This document shows, piece after piece, positions 27,777 through 36,758 of a DNA stretch of 64,000 bases. The stretch comes from Opitutales bacterium (GTDB taxonomy: Bacteria > Verrucomicrobiota > Verrucomicrobiia > Opitutales > UBA2987). Position 1 is the first letter of the stretch, and each line of letters opens with the position of its first letter. Location of the stretch: assembly GCA_965226205.1 (NCBI GenBank), contig CBDDCJ010000023.1, forward strand, positions 151,901 through 215,900, given 5' to 3'. Under the pieces are notes generated by a model that was given only the letters and a program-made list of their open reading frames with translations, did not search any database and had not been told where the DNA came from. Both the position numbers and the translations under genes were made by a program.

Positions 27777-29141
27777 ATGGAAACCGGAAAGGATACAGGG
27801 AGACGGGGGATCGTTAAACGATTGAGGAAATTAAGGAAAAGCTGGGACAAGGTTTATTTCATAATGGCTATAGCTATGGTGATATTTGCTTACGGTATGG
27901 CGGTCGGAAGGTTTGAGATATTTCCTTATCAAATAGTGAAGAGTTCTGCGAAGACGGCTAGAAACTGGATAATCTTTTATAAGCACTATCTGGGGATAAA
28001 ACCGATAAAACATATAAGCAAGGCCCGGCACAAAGGAGAAACCATAGAAACTTATCTTCCGGACAAAACCTATGAAGGAGTTACCTTTATCGTAAGTATG
28101 TGGGATCATACCCTCGGCATGAAATTAATCGATATGGATGGTTCGGTGATTCATAAATGGAGGGTATCATTCAGTGAGACTTTCTCCGAAGAATTCCAGA
28201 AGGGGATTAGGGAAATCGATGATTGGGATGTAGATATCCATGGAACCCTTTTGTATCCAAACGGCGATGTAGTTTTTAATTTTGCACGTAAGGGGCTGGT
28301 GAAAATTGATAAATGGTCGAAAGTTATCTGGAAGCTGCCCAACAGAACTCATCATTCCATATTTGAGGACACTGAAGGTAACTTGTGGGTGCCTGCAACC
28401 AAAACACATAGTCATGTGTTGAACCGATTTCCTCTATTGAAGGCACCAATCCAAGAAGATTTGATACTCAAAATATCGCCTTCAGGGAATATTTTAAAGC
28501 AAATCTCTATTCTTGATATCTTCTATAATTCAGGACAGGAGGGGGTACTTTTTGCGAATGGGCATTTCAAACCCAGTCAAATAGCAAGAGACATCACGCA
28601 TTTAAACGACATCGAGATTCTAGATGAATCCATGGCAGATCAATTTCCTTTATTTGAAGCTGGCGATATATTGATAAGTTTGAGGCACCTAAATCTGATT
28701 ACGGTTATCGATCATGTAACAGAAAAGATAAAATGGTCGATGACAGGGCCCTACATTCGGCAACATGATCCCGACTTTCTTAGCAACGGGCAGATTATGG
28801 TATTTGATAATCGCACTGATGGTTCGGGGGGGGATATTCTGGGTGGCAGCCGCATTCTTAGCATTGACCCGGTTATGCGAAAAGTGCATACCATCTATAA
28901 AGGAGGCCCCCAGAACAAGTTTTATACGAAAGTTCGAGGCAAACAGCAACAGCTTCCCAACGGAAATATTCTAATTACCGAGCACGACGCCGGAAGAGTG
29001 TTTGAAGTCGCTTCATCCGGTGAAATCGTATGGTCCTACCATAACAGGTATGATGAGGACGAAGTATACGAAATTACTCAAGCAACGCGACTGGAGCGTG
29101 ATTACATTACATTTACAGAAGTAAAAGTACCTGAAAACTGA
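27777..29141 (+). CDS. Arylsulfate sulfotransferase (ASST, PAPS-independent, beta-propeller), N-terminally membrane-anchored
   Basis: One TM helix near the N-terminus, then THHSI, DITHLNDI, ISLRHL, RQHDPDF, VFDN, QQLPNGNILITE: His/Asn/Arg/His motifs in ASST order. Confidence 0.8.
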   Translation: METGKDTGRRGIVKRLRKLRKSWDKVYFIMAIAMVIFAYGMAVGRFEIFPYQIVKSSAKTARNWIIFYKHYLGIKPIKHISKARHKGETIETYLPDKTYEGVTFIVSMWDHTLGMKLIDMDGSVIHKWRVSFSETFSEEFQKGIREIDDWDVDIHGTLLYPNGDVVFNFARKGLVKIDKWSKVIWKLPNRTHHSIFEDTEGNLWVPATKTHSHVLNRFPLLKAPIQEDLILKISPSGNILKQISILDIFYNSGQEGVLFANGHFKPSQIARDITHLNDIEILDESMADQFPLFEAGDILISLRHLNLITVIDHVTEKIKWSMTGPYIRQHDPDFLSNGQIMVFDNRTDGSGGDILGGSRILSIDPVMRKVHTIYKGGPQNKFYTKVRGKQQQLPNGNILITEHDAGRVFEVASSGEIVWSYHNRYDEDEVYEITQATRLERDYITFTEVKVPEN

Positions 29142-29171
29142 AACAGATGTAAAGATAATTGAATTTGAGCT

Positions 29172-29444
29172 ATGAATGCAATACGGATTACAATGGAAAT
29201 TTGGCAGACCGTTCTTTTATTTGATTTGAGCGGCTTTTCCAATGCAGTCGCTTACATCGGGCCTGGTGGAGGCATTACGCTGTTGGGCGCTTTGTTTGCC
29301 GTGCTACTTGCAATATTGCTCGTAGTGGGCGGTATCCTCGTATGGCCCGTCCGGGTTTTATTAAGGCGTATGAAACGCAAGGCCAGGCCTCCCGAAGATG
29401 CAGAAGAGGGAGCGCCGGAAAGTGAAGATGGCACGGAATGTTGA
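29172..29444 (+). CDS. Small membrane protein with AYIGPG motif
   Basis: AVAYIGPGGG followed by one long TM helix, basic RRMKRK and an acidic tail. Alternative start 29193. Confidence 0.7.
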   Translation: MNAIRITMEIWQTVLLFDLSGFSNAVAYIGPGGGITLLGALFAVLLAILLVVGGILVWPVRVLLRRMKRKARPPEDAEEGAPESEDGTEC

Positions 29445-30202
29445 ACATTGTTTTCCAGTTGTTCACCGCTATCGATTTATGGATTGCATTATTTCTGCCG
29501 TTGTATGGGCGCTTATTGCTTTGGGGCGCGGTCGCGGGAGTGGCAGCCATGGGCATTTATGCCGCCGTATCTAACCAGAGCGCCATAGCGGCGCTGAAGA
29601 CGAAAACTAAAAACCTCAGACGCCAGATGCTTGATCCTTCACTTGAGAAGGGCTCAGAGTTTGCCGCATTAGCGAAGGCCAATCTCAAGACATCACTGTT
29701 ATATCTGGGTAAAGTGATTGGCCCGGCCTTGCTTTCAACGCTTCCAGTGTTGCTCTTAGCTGTGTGGCTTGATACTTATCATGGTTATGAACTTGCGGAA
29801 GATCGGGAAGAGGTATTCGTTAGTATAGTTCCCTCTCATCTTGATTTCGATATTATCCCCGCGGAGATAGTGCGCCTTAAAGAGATGGGCGTTGTGAACA
29901 TCGAGCCGGTAGAGCGCGGGGACGCCATTACGGTTAGAACAGGCGGCGAGACGATTTATTCCGGCCCACTTTTAGAAAATCCGGTACCTGTTATCAAAAA
30001 AAAGAATTGGTGGAACCTGTTGCTTGCGTCCCAAGCCGGATATATCGTATCCACTTCAGCGATCGAGGGAATTCATGTGAATTTGGCAAGAAAGAAAGTG
30101 TTAGGACGATTCCCTGATTGGGCGGCGGGATGGGAGGGGGCATTTTTTATGAGTGTGCTTATAACGACATTAGCGTTTAAAGCTGTGTTCAAGATTCATT
30201 GA
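29438..30202 (+). CDS. Hypothetical membrane protein (DUF106/EMC3-like topology in the N-terminal half)
   Basis: TM, basic coiled coil (ALKTKTKNLRRQML), TM, soluble domain, C-terminal TM; start overlaps the previous gene by 7 bp. Confidence 0.6.
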   Translation: MLNIVFQLFTAIDLWIALFLPLYGRLLLWGAVAGVAAMGIYAAVSNQSAIAALKTKTKNLRRQMLDPSLEKGSEFAALAKANLKTSLLYLGKVIGPALLSTLPVLLLAVWLDTYHGYELAEDREEVFVSIVPSHLDFDIIPAEIVRLKEMGVVNIEPVERGDAITVRTGGETIYSGPLLENPVPVIKKKNWWNLLLASQAGYIVSTSAIEGIHVNLARKKVLGRFPDWAAGWEGAFFMSVLITTLAFKAVFKIH

Positions 30203-30243
30203 AAGAGACGAACCCAGTCAGTCACTGACTGTGGGTAATTGCA

Positions 30244-31335
30244 ATGCAGGTATCACGCTTTAAAGACTTTCTCGGAGGGTTGGCAGCACGAAATACCGCG
30301 TTTTTTCTGAAGTTGGGCAATATCGAATCTCGATGGCTGAAAGATGCCATTAAGGAAAAGGAGGTTGACCGGCCAATATATATATGCGGATTAGCGCGCT
30401 CAGGGAGCACGATCCTGCTTGAGCTGCTGGCGGCCCATCCCGATGTGGCATCCCATCAGTACAAGGATTTTCCGCTCGTTTTTACGCCATTCTGGTGGAA
30501 CTGGTTTCTGAACCGAGCGAGTAGCGGAAAGGATGAGCTTGTTGAACGAGCGCACAAAGACCGAATCCAAGTTTCGCCGGATAGCCCTGAAGCGATGGAG
30601 GAGATGCTTTGGATGGCTTTTTTTTCACGGAGCCATGATGCAGCGGCCAGTCAAATTATTGGCGCAAGTGACCGTAAACCGGAATTCGATCATTTTTACC
30701 GGGAGCACATAAGAAAGATTCTGTATTTGAGGGATGGGAGAAGGTACATTGCCAAGGGTAATTATAATATCAGCAGGCTTGGGTATTTGGCCGATCTATT
30801 TCCGGATGGGCGTTTCCTTATTCCCGTTCGCGATCCGGCCAGTCATATCGCATCGCTTATGAAACAGCATGAGAATTTTTGTGATGCGGAAACGCGGGAT
30901 CCCAAGGTTCTGGCCTATATGCGGAGAGCGGGGCATTTTGAATTTGGCCTGGACCGAAGAGCCATTAATTTTGGTCGTAGCGATGCGTTACAACGGATAG
31001 AGAACCTGTGGAAGCAGGGGCAGGAAATCAGGGGTTGGGCTGCTTATTGGGCGTCATTACATTCATTTGTGGCAGATCTCTTTGAGAGCGAAGAGCCGGC
31101 AGCGGATATGATGCTGCTAATAGATTACGGCGCTTTCTGTAAAGAACCTGTCAGGATGCTGCAACGGATTTATGCTCATTGTCAGCTTGAAGCTGGAGAT
31201 AGTGTTATTCGGGAGCAAGCATCTCGGATAAGCGCTCCCGATTATTACAATGCCGGTTTTACCGACAGCGAGATAGAGATTATTAATGAGGAAACGGCCG
31301 AAATCGCGGAGCGAATCCAGAGGCTGATTTCGTAA
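30244..31335 (+). CDS. PAPS-dependent sulfotransferase
   Basis: 5'-PSB loop RPIYICGLARSGSTILLELL and 3'-PB motif IPVRDPASHIAS; no signal peptide. Confidence 0.88.
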   Translation: MQVSRFKDFLGGLAARNTAFFLKLGNIESRWLKDAIKEKEVDRPIYICGLARSGSTILLELLAAHPDVASHQYKDFPLVFTPFWWNWFLNRASSGKDELVERAHKDRIQVSPDSPEAMEEMLWMAFFSRSHDAAASQIIGASDRKPEFDHFYREHIRKILYLRDGRRYIAKGNYNISRLGYLADLFPDGRFLIPVRDPASHIASLMKQHENFCDAETRDPKVLAYMRRAGHFEFGLDRRAINFGRSDALQRIENLWKQGQEIRGWAAYWASLHSFVADLFESEEPAADMMLLIDYGAFCKEPVRMLQRIYAHCQLEAGDSVIREQASRISAPDYYNAGFTDSEIEIINEETAEIAERIQRLIS

Positions 31336-31682
31336 TGGGAATGGAAATATTTACGGCTAATCTTACTTGTTAACCCATCAGCCTAAACGTTACGGCAATC
31401 GGCCGCAATAGACCTTTGTGTCGTATTCGAAATGGATCAGACCATCCACCTCGCGCCGGTCGAAAATTTCATTCATTCGTTTCAGCATGGGCTCGTAATT
31501 GGGATGATCGGGGGCTGGGGTATAGGAAGAGGAAAACAAACGTCCGGTCAAACCGTCGCGGTTTAAAGGCTGTATATATTCAAATTCGCCATATTTAATT
31601 TGGGTATGGCCGAAAAATTCTTGCATCTCCTCAAGGCCCAAACCACGATGGAGAACCTTTCCATATTCGATGCCGTATTTTA

Positions 31683-33506
31683 GAGGCTGTCCCAAAAATA
31701 TAAAGATTTTGTAGTCAACTGGATGACGTTTATAAAAATAGCCGGAAAGAGCATTTTTTTGCTCGATCCGGCTAAAAAAGGGTTCTATAATTGCGTTAGC
31801 GAAAATCAATATAGCCCTTTCTATGAAAAATATAGCCATCCAATGCCTCCTGCGTCCAGCTTTAACTGTGGTCGACCGTTGCCTCGATTACGATAACTTT
31901 CGCGCCACCATCGAGCGTATCGACCGGCTGCTGATCGATTCGGAGGTGGAATCGCAGGGCGTTGATCTGGCCTTGGAAAGAGGCCAGCCAATGAGTGTAA
32001 AGGCCCGGCAAAAGCGGGCTAATTTTGCCCTCAAGGCGTTGCGTATGGAAACGCTGCGTTATCTGCTCGGTGGGATTTCGTTTCGGCATTTGTCGAGGGC
32101 TCTGGGCAGCAGCGATCTGTTGGCTGACTTTTGTCGTGTCCGCCATATCGACGGCATAAGGGGCATCTCCAAGAGCACCCTGGAACGGGCCTCGAAGTTT
32201 TTCAGCGAAGAGCAGTTGAGGGCCTTGCACCGGACCTTGACTGAGGTTGTGGGCGATGCCGATCTGGCCCGGCAGGTGGTGGGATTGGACAAGCCGATAG
32301 ACACCACCATTTGCCTGATCGACGGCACCTGTTTGGAGGTCAACATTCATTGGCCGACGGACTGGGTGCTACTCAAGGATGTAGCGGGCACGCTGCTCAA
32401 AGCGATCCGGCTGATCCGTGAGAAGGCCGGTTTGCGCCATCGCATGCCGATCGAACCGGAGCCCTTGGCTCGGCAGATGAATCGGCTGTGCATACAGATG
32501 ACCCACAGCCGGCGGCGAAAGGACAGCGCGCGGCAACGCAAGGGTATCTTGAGGCAGATGAAAAAGCTGCTCAAACGGATCGGGGAGCATGCCCGCAGTC
32601 ACCGGGAATTATTGCAAGCCTGCTGGGAGCAAAGCGATTACAGCGAAAAACAGGTCCAACAGATCCTTACCCGGATGGAGCGCATGAGCGAGCTAATCCC
32701 GGTGGTCATCAAGCAAGCGCACGAGCGAATCATTGGCGGCCGCCAGGTGAAAAACGCAGAGAAAGTTTTGAGTGTTTACGAACCCGATGCGCAGGTGATT
32801 GTGCGAGGCAAAGCGGGCCAAGAGGTTGAGTTTGGCAACACCCTGTTTTTGGGTGAAAGCGTTGAAGGATACCTGCTGGACTGGAAACTCTACGGCAGCC
32901 GGACGCCAAGCGAAAATGAACAAATGCAAGAGAGTTTGCAAAGACAGAACCGCTTCAACCTAGCCGAACCCATAGCGGCCATGTGCGCGGACCGGGGATT
33001 CGCCTCCCAGCGGGCCCGCCGGCAGTTAGCCCAGGAGGGCATCTACGATGCGCTCTGTCCACGCGATCCGAAGCAGTTGAAAAAACGGATGGAGGAACCA
33101 CACTTCAGGCAATTGCAAAAGCGCCGGGCCAGCACCGAAGGGCGGATCGGGGTATTGAAGAATCGCTGGCAGGCCGGGCGATTGCGCAGCAAAGGCTTTG
33201 CCAACCGCTCGATCAGCGTAGCCTGGTCGGTCCTCTCGCACAATCTATGGAAAGTGGCCAAGATGCTGGCCCAGCAAGATGAACTAAAAACCAAAGCGGC
33301 GGCCTAAATAAAGAGCGGAAAAGCAAGGACAATACTTTTTCACAGGCCTACTGTCGGCCCATACAAAGAAAACCAGGCAAACGGACCCCAAAACCAGAAT
33401 CCTAACGTCATAGGAGAGCAAAGTCACCCCCTCCCAAAAGAAAATACCACTAAAATGAACACTCTTCAAAATCCCCTCGCAAAAATCACCCTTTTGGGAC
33501 AGCCTC
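31683..33506 (+). mobile_element. IS5-family insertion sequence, copy 2 (1824 bp)
   Basis: IRs GAGGCTGTCCCAAAA / TTTTGGGACAGCCTC; flanked by TATTTTA at 31676-31682 and 33507-33513. Confidence 0.95.
31823..33307 (+). CDS. IS5-family DDE transposase (494 aa), copy 2
   Basis: Identical to copy 1 except EPD vs EPN; at least one synonymous difference (CTA vs CTG Leu). Confidence 0.9.
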   Translation: MKNIAIQCLLRPALTVVDRCLDYDNFRATIERIDRLLIDSEVESQGVDLALERGQPMSVKARQKRANFALKALRMETLRYLLGGISFRHLSRALGSSDLLADFCRVRHIDGIRGISKSTLERASKFFSEEQLRALHRTLTEVVGDADLARQVVGLDKPIDTTICLIDGTCLEVNIHWPTDWVLLKDVAGTLLKAIRLIREKAGLRHRMPIEPEPLARQMNRLCIQMTHSRRRKDSARQRKGILRQMKKLLKRIGEHARSHRELLQACWEQSDYSEKQVQQILTRMERMSELIPVVIKQAHERIIGGRQVKNAEKVLSVYEPDAQVIVRGKAGQEVEFGNTLFLGESVEGYLLDWKLYGSRTPSENEQMQESLQRQNRFNLAEPIAAMCADRGFASQRARRQLAQEGIYDALCPRDPKQLKKRMEEPHFRQLQKRRASTEGRIGVLKNRWQAGRLRSKGFANRSISVAWSVLSHNLWKVAKMLAQQDELKTKAAA

Positions 33507-33513
33507 TATTTTA

Positions 33514-33811
33514 GAGGCTGTCCCAAAGTTATAACCATTTGTTTTACAGTAAGTTAACTTGTTTATAAAGCTGTCATAAAGACCGTTTTTAGGGGATTTT
33601 GGGCAATTTCGATGTCTATAACACCGTCAGCCTTTCTCTTGTTTTGCATATTCAAATACAATTCTACCATAGACCTCTGTCTGACGCGATTATATTTATA
33701 ACGAATAGAGGCCTTATACAGCGTTTTTGACGGAATTGAATGACTTACGTTCCCTTACAGTTCGGAGTCGAATATCTCAATTTGCAAAATTCGGGTTTTT
33801 GGGACAGCCTC
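33514..33811 (+). mobile_element. 298-bp non-autonomous element (MITE) with IS5-type ends
   Basis: Begins GAGGCTGTCCCAAA, ends TTTTTGGGACAGCCTC; AT-rich interior with no ORF in the track; flanked by TATTTTA (33507-33513, 33812-33818). Confidence 0.88.
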
Positions 33812-34420
33812 TATTTTAAGAGCATTTCTTCATAATCGCTTAAAAATGGCGTTGAGAGATGCCTGCGGGCGTTCCACAGCACAGCCGCATAACCATCCGG
33901 TTTCAGAACCCTTTCAAATTCACGGCGGGCCGGCACCGGCTCGAACCAGTGAAAAGCCTGGGCCGCCGTAACCAGATCCACCGACGACTTGGGAAGATGG
34001 GTATTTTCGGCCTGTCCGTCGATCGCCCGAAATGGATCGAATCGAGTTAAAAATGCCTCCCCCGCCTCGCGCATTTCCCGATTGGGCTCCACCCCCCAAA
34101 CCGGGTAATTCCGCTCCAACAGCAGTTTGGCAAAGAGGCCGGTGCCGCACCCGATGTCGGCAATGACCGAATCCCGTGACAAACCGCATTTTTCTTCCAG
34201 GAAGTCGATTGCCTGGGGCGGATAAGAAGGTCTATATTTGCGGTAATCATCGACGCGGCTGGAAAATCTGGCGGTGGGATCGAGCATCTTTTTTGAAGAT
34301 TTTGATAACCGTTTCAGCCGGAACCGCAATTAGATACGAAGGCCGCAGGTCGTTTTTTCTGGAATTGTGCCGCTCTCTTCTATAAATCCAATCAGCTTTG
34401 AACCATTGACTGACTCTGAC

Positions 34421-35680
34421 ATGGAAACAATGAATTTCATGACCCCTCAACAGGCTGAAGAGATCCGAAACCTTTTCGGAACGCCGGTCTATGTCTATGA
34501 CGAACGCTCTTTGCGCCTGGTGGCGGAGTCTTTGCTCGATTTTCCCCATGCCTATGGTTTGACCGCCCGTTACGCCATGAAGGCCTGCTCCAATGCGGCC
34601 ATTCTGAAAATTTTCGACCGTCTCGGTTTGCAGTTCGACGCCAGCAGCGGTTTTGAGTGCGAACGAGCCTTCAGGGCCGGTATCGACCCAAAAAATATCA
34701 GTCTCAGCAGCCAGGAATTTCCGCGCGATTTTGACCGTCTATTTGAGAAAGGCATCCATTTCAACGCCTGCTCGCTTTTGCAGCTCGAGCGCTTCGGGCA
34801 AATGTTTCCGGGCCGTGAAATAGGGCTGCGTTTCAACCCTGGGCTCGGCTCCGGCAGCGCCAACCGCACCAATACGGGTGGTCCCGCCGCCAGTTTCGGC
34901 ATCTGGCATGAACATCACGAAAAAGTTCGTCAACTGGCTCGCAAATACGACTTGACGGTCGGCCTCATCCATACCCACATCGGTTCCGGCAGCGACCCGG
35001 CCCTATGGCAGCGCGCCGCCGACCTCAGCCTCGGCCTGGTGCGGCAATTCCCGGAAGTGCGAACCCTCAACCTGGGAGGTGGCTTCAAAGTCGGCCGTAT
35101 GCCCGGCGAACCGGCCAGCGATCTTTCCATTATCGGGCAGCCGGTCAAGGCGGCCTTCAATAAGCTGCATGAGGAAACCGGTCGCAAAATCCATCTGGAG
35201 TTGGAACCCGGCGCCTTCCTGATGGCCAATGCCGGGGCTATCCTGACGACTGTGCGCGACATCGTCGATACCGGTCAGAAGGGTTATAAATTTCTCAAAC
35301 TGGACACTGGCATGAACGACATCCTACGCCCTTCCCTCTACGGGGCGCAGCATCCGCTTGCTATTGTCCCCGGCTCCGGCCCCCGCCCACAAAAGGAGCC
35401 AAGGGAAACCTATGCGATTGTCGGGCATTGCTGCGAGTCGGGCGATTTGCTTACGCCGCAGCCCGCCCAACCGGAATTGCTGGCCCCTCGGGAAATGGCA
35501 ACAGCGGTCGTGGGCGACCTCTGCATCATCGGGGGAACCGGCGCTTATTGCTCTACCTTGGCGGCCGTCAATTACAATTCATTTCCCCAATCGCCCGAGG
35601 TCTTAATTACAGATAACGGGGAACTTCGCCTCATCCGCCAACGCCAGACCCTCGACCAGATACTCCAGAATGAGCTTTAG
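34421..35680 (+). CDS. lysA: Diaminopimelate decarboxylase
   Basis: FGTPVYVYD, PLP-lysine RYAMKA, LRFNPG, HTHIGSG, NLGGG, LEPG, GHCCESGD, GAYCS. Start placed at ATG 34421 (34430 or 34439 possible). Confidence 0.92.
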   Translation: METMNFMTPQQAEEIRNLFGTPVYVYDERSLRLVAESLLDFPHAYGLTARYAMKACSNAAILKIFDRLGLQFDASSGFECERAFRAGIDPKNISLSSQEFPRDFDRLFEKGIHFNACSLLQLERFGQMFPGREIGLRFNPGLGSGSANRTNTGGPAASFGIWHEHHEKVRQLARKYDLTVGLIHTHIGSGSDPALWQRAADLSLGLVRQFPEVRTLNLGGGFKVGRMPGEPASDLSIIGQPVKAAFNKLHEETGRKIHLELEPGAFLMANAGAILTTVRDIVDTGQKGYKFLKLDTGMNDILRPSLYGAQHPLAIVPGSGPRPQKEPRETYAIVGHCCESGDLLTPQPAQPELLAPREMATAVVGDLCIIGGTGAYCSTLAAVNYNSFPQSPEVLITDNGELRLIRQRQTLDQILQNEL

Positions 35681-35700
35681 AACCTATCTCAGGTGAAACG

Positions 35701-35736
35701 AAAACTATGAATAACAAAACTATGAATAACAATAAC
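35701..35736. repeat. 15-bp tandem duplication over a start codon
   Basis: AAAACTATGAATAAC x2 (35701-35730) followed by AATAAC. Confidence 0.8.
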
Positions 35737-36723
35737 AAGCATCTCAAATGGTTTAAGGGCAATACCCATACCCATACCCTCAATTCGGACGGCGATAGCC
35801 CTCCCGGAGAAGTGGCCCAATGGTATCGCGATCATGATTACGATTTTCTCGTCTTGAGCGACCACAATTACCTCACAAAGATTGAAGAGTTGCAAGATCA
35901 GCTCGATGACCAGGGCAAGCGCCATGAATACAAGCCTTTTTTGCTCATACCGGGAGAGGAGGCATCCAGCGATATAACCATTGGAGATAAACGTCAAGTG
36001 ATCCATGTGAATGGCATCGATACCGAAAAGGTTGTCGGCCGGCAGGAGGGAGATACCGGTCGTGAAATTATGCAGAAATCCATTGACGAGATACATCGCG
36101 GGAGCGGGTTCCCCCACCTCAATCATCCCAATTTTTATTGGTCCATCAACGCGGACGACCTCTATTCTATGAAGCGCCTGCGCCATTTCGAAATATATAA
36201 CGGCCACCAGAAAGTCCACGTTTTCGGGGGCGGCGGCCGCCCCAGCCTGGAGGAATTGTGGGACGACCTCCTCAGCCGGGGCCGGATTTATTACGGAGTG
36301 GCGGCCGATGACGCCCACTGCTTCCAGGAATGGGGGCCTCATGCCGCCAACCCCGGCCGCGGGTGGATTGTGGTTAGGGCCGCTGAATTGACTCGCCAAT
36401 CCGTGGTCGCAGCCATGCGTCTGGGAGATTTTTACGCATCCACCGGCGTTTTCCTGGACGATGTTTCCAAGGCCGGCGATTCCTTACGTTTAAAGATAAA
36501 GCAAGAAGATTTCCAAGAACCGAAAAAAAGCCTGAACGCCGATCGCTACCGAACCTATTTTATCGGCCGGGGAGGGAAGGTTCTCAAGATTGACGAATCC
36601 ATGGAACCCGCTTACCGGCTCCAACCGGAAGACCTCTATGTCCGGGGCAAAGTGGTATCCAGCAACGGCCGAAACGCCTGGACCCAGCCCCTCTTCGCAC
36701 CCGGCCAGGGCGCCTTCGAGTAA
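35707..36723 (+). CDS. PHP-domain metal-dependent hydrolase (CehA/McbA-like)
   Basis: WFKGNTHTHT, LSDHN, PGEE, HVNG, NHPN, EIYNGH, ADDAH. Confidence 0.85.
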   Translation: MNNKTMNNNNKHLKWFKGNTHTHTLNSDGDSPPGEVAQWYRDHDYDFLVLSDHNYLTKIEELQDQLDDQGKRHEYKPFLLIPGEEASSDITIGDKRQVIHVNGIDTEKVVGRQEGDTGREIMQKSIDEIHRGSGFPHLNHPNFYWSINADDLYSMKRLRHFEIYNGHQKVHVFGGGGRPSLEELWDDLLSRGRIYYGVAADDAHCFQEWGPHAANPGRGWIVVRAAELTRQSVVAAMRLGDFYASTGVFLDDVSKAGDSLRLKIKQEDFQEPKKSLNADRYRTYFIGRGGKVLKIDESMEPAYRLQPEDLYVRGKVVSSNGRNAWTQPLFAPGQGAFE

Positions 36724-36758
36724 ATCCCACCCAAAAAACGCGAATAGGCGGTCCGCGG

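Larger units (their letters stand above)
31390..34287 (-). pseudogene. Class I SAM-dependent methyltransferase interrupted by IS5 copy 2 plus a MITE
   Basis: N-part 34287-33812 (MLDPTARFSSRVDDY, IADIGCGTG, AAQAFHWF ... YEEMLLK) and C-part 31675-31390 (YGIEY...GRLFSSSYTP...YCGRLP) rejoin in frame to 253 aa when the insert and extra TAAAATA copies are removed. Confidence 0.93.

Noticed and set aside
31390-31839. 149-aa ORF as a stand-alone gene
   Set aside because: Its N-terminal part is read from the IS left end; only the last 95 codons are the real methyltransferase C-terminus.
24136-33506. Composite transposon formed by the two inverted IS5 copies carrying the sulfation genes
   Set aside because: Copy 2 has its own intact target duplication, and the gene it splits has one half inside and one half outside the supposed cargo. 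The outer flanks do not match. Copy 2 is an independent insertion.
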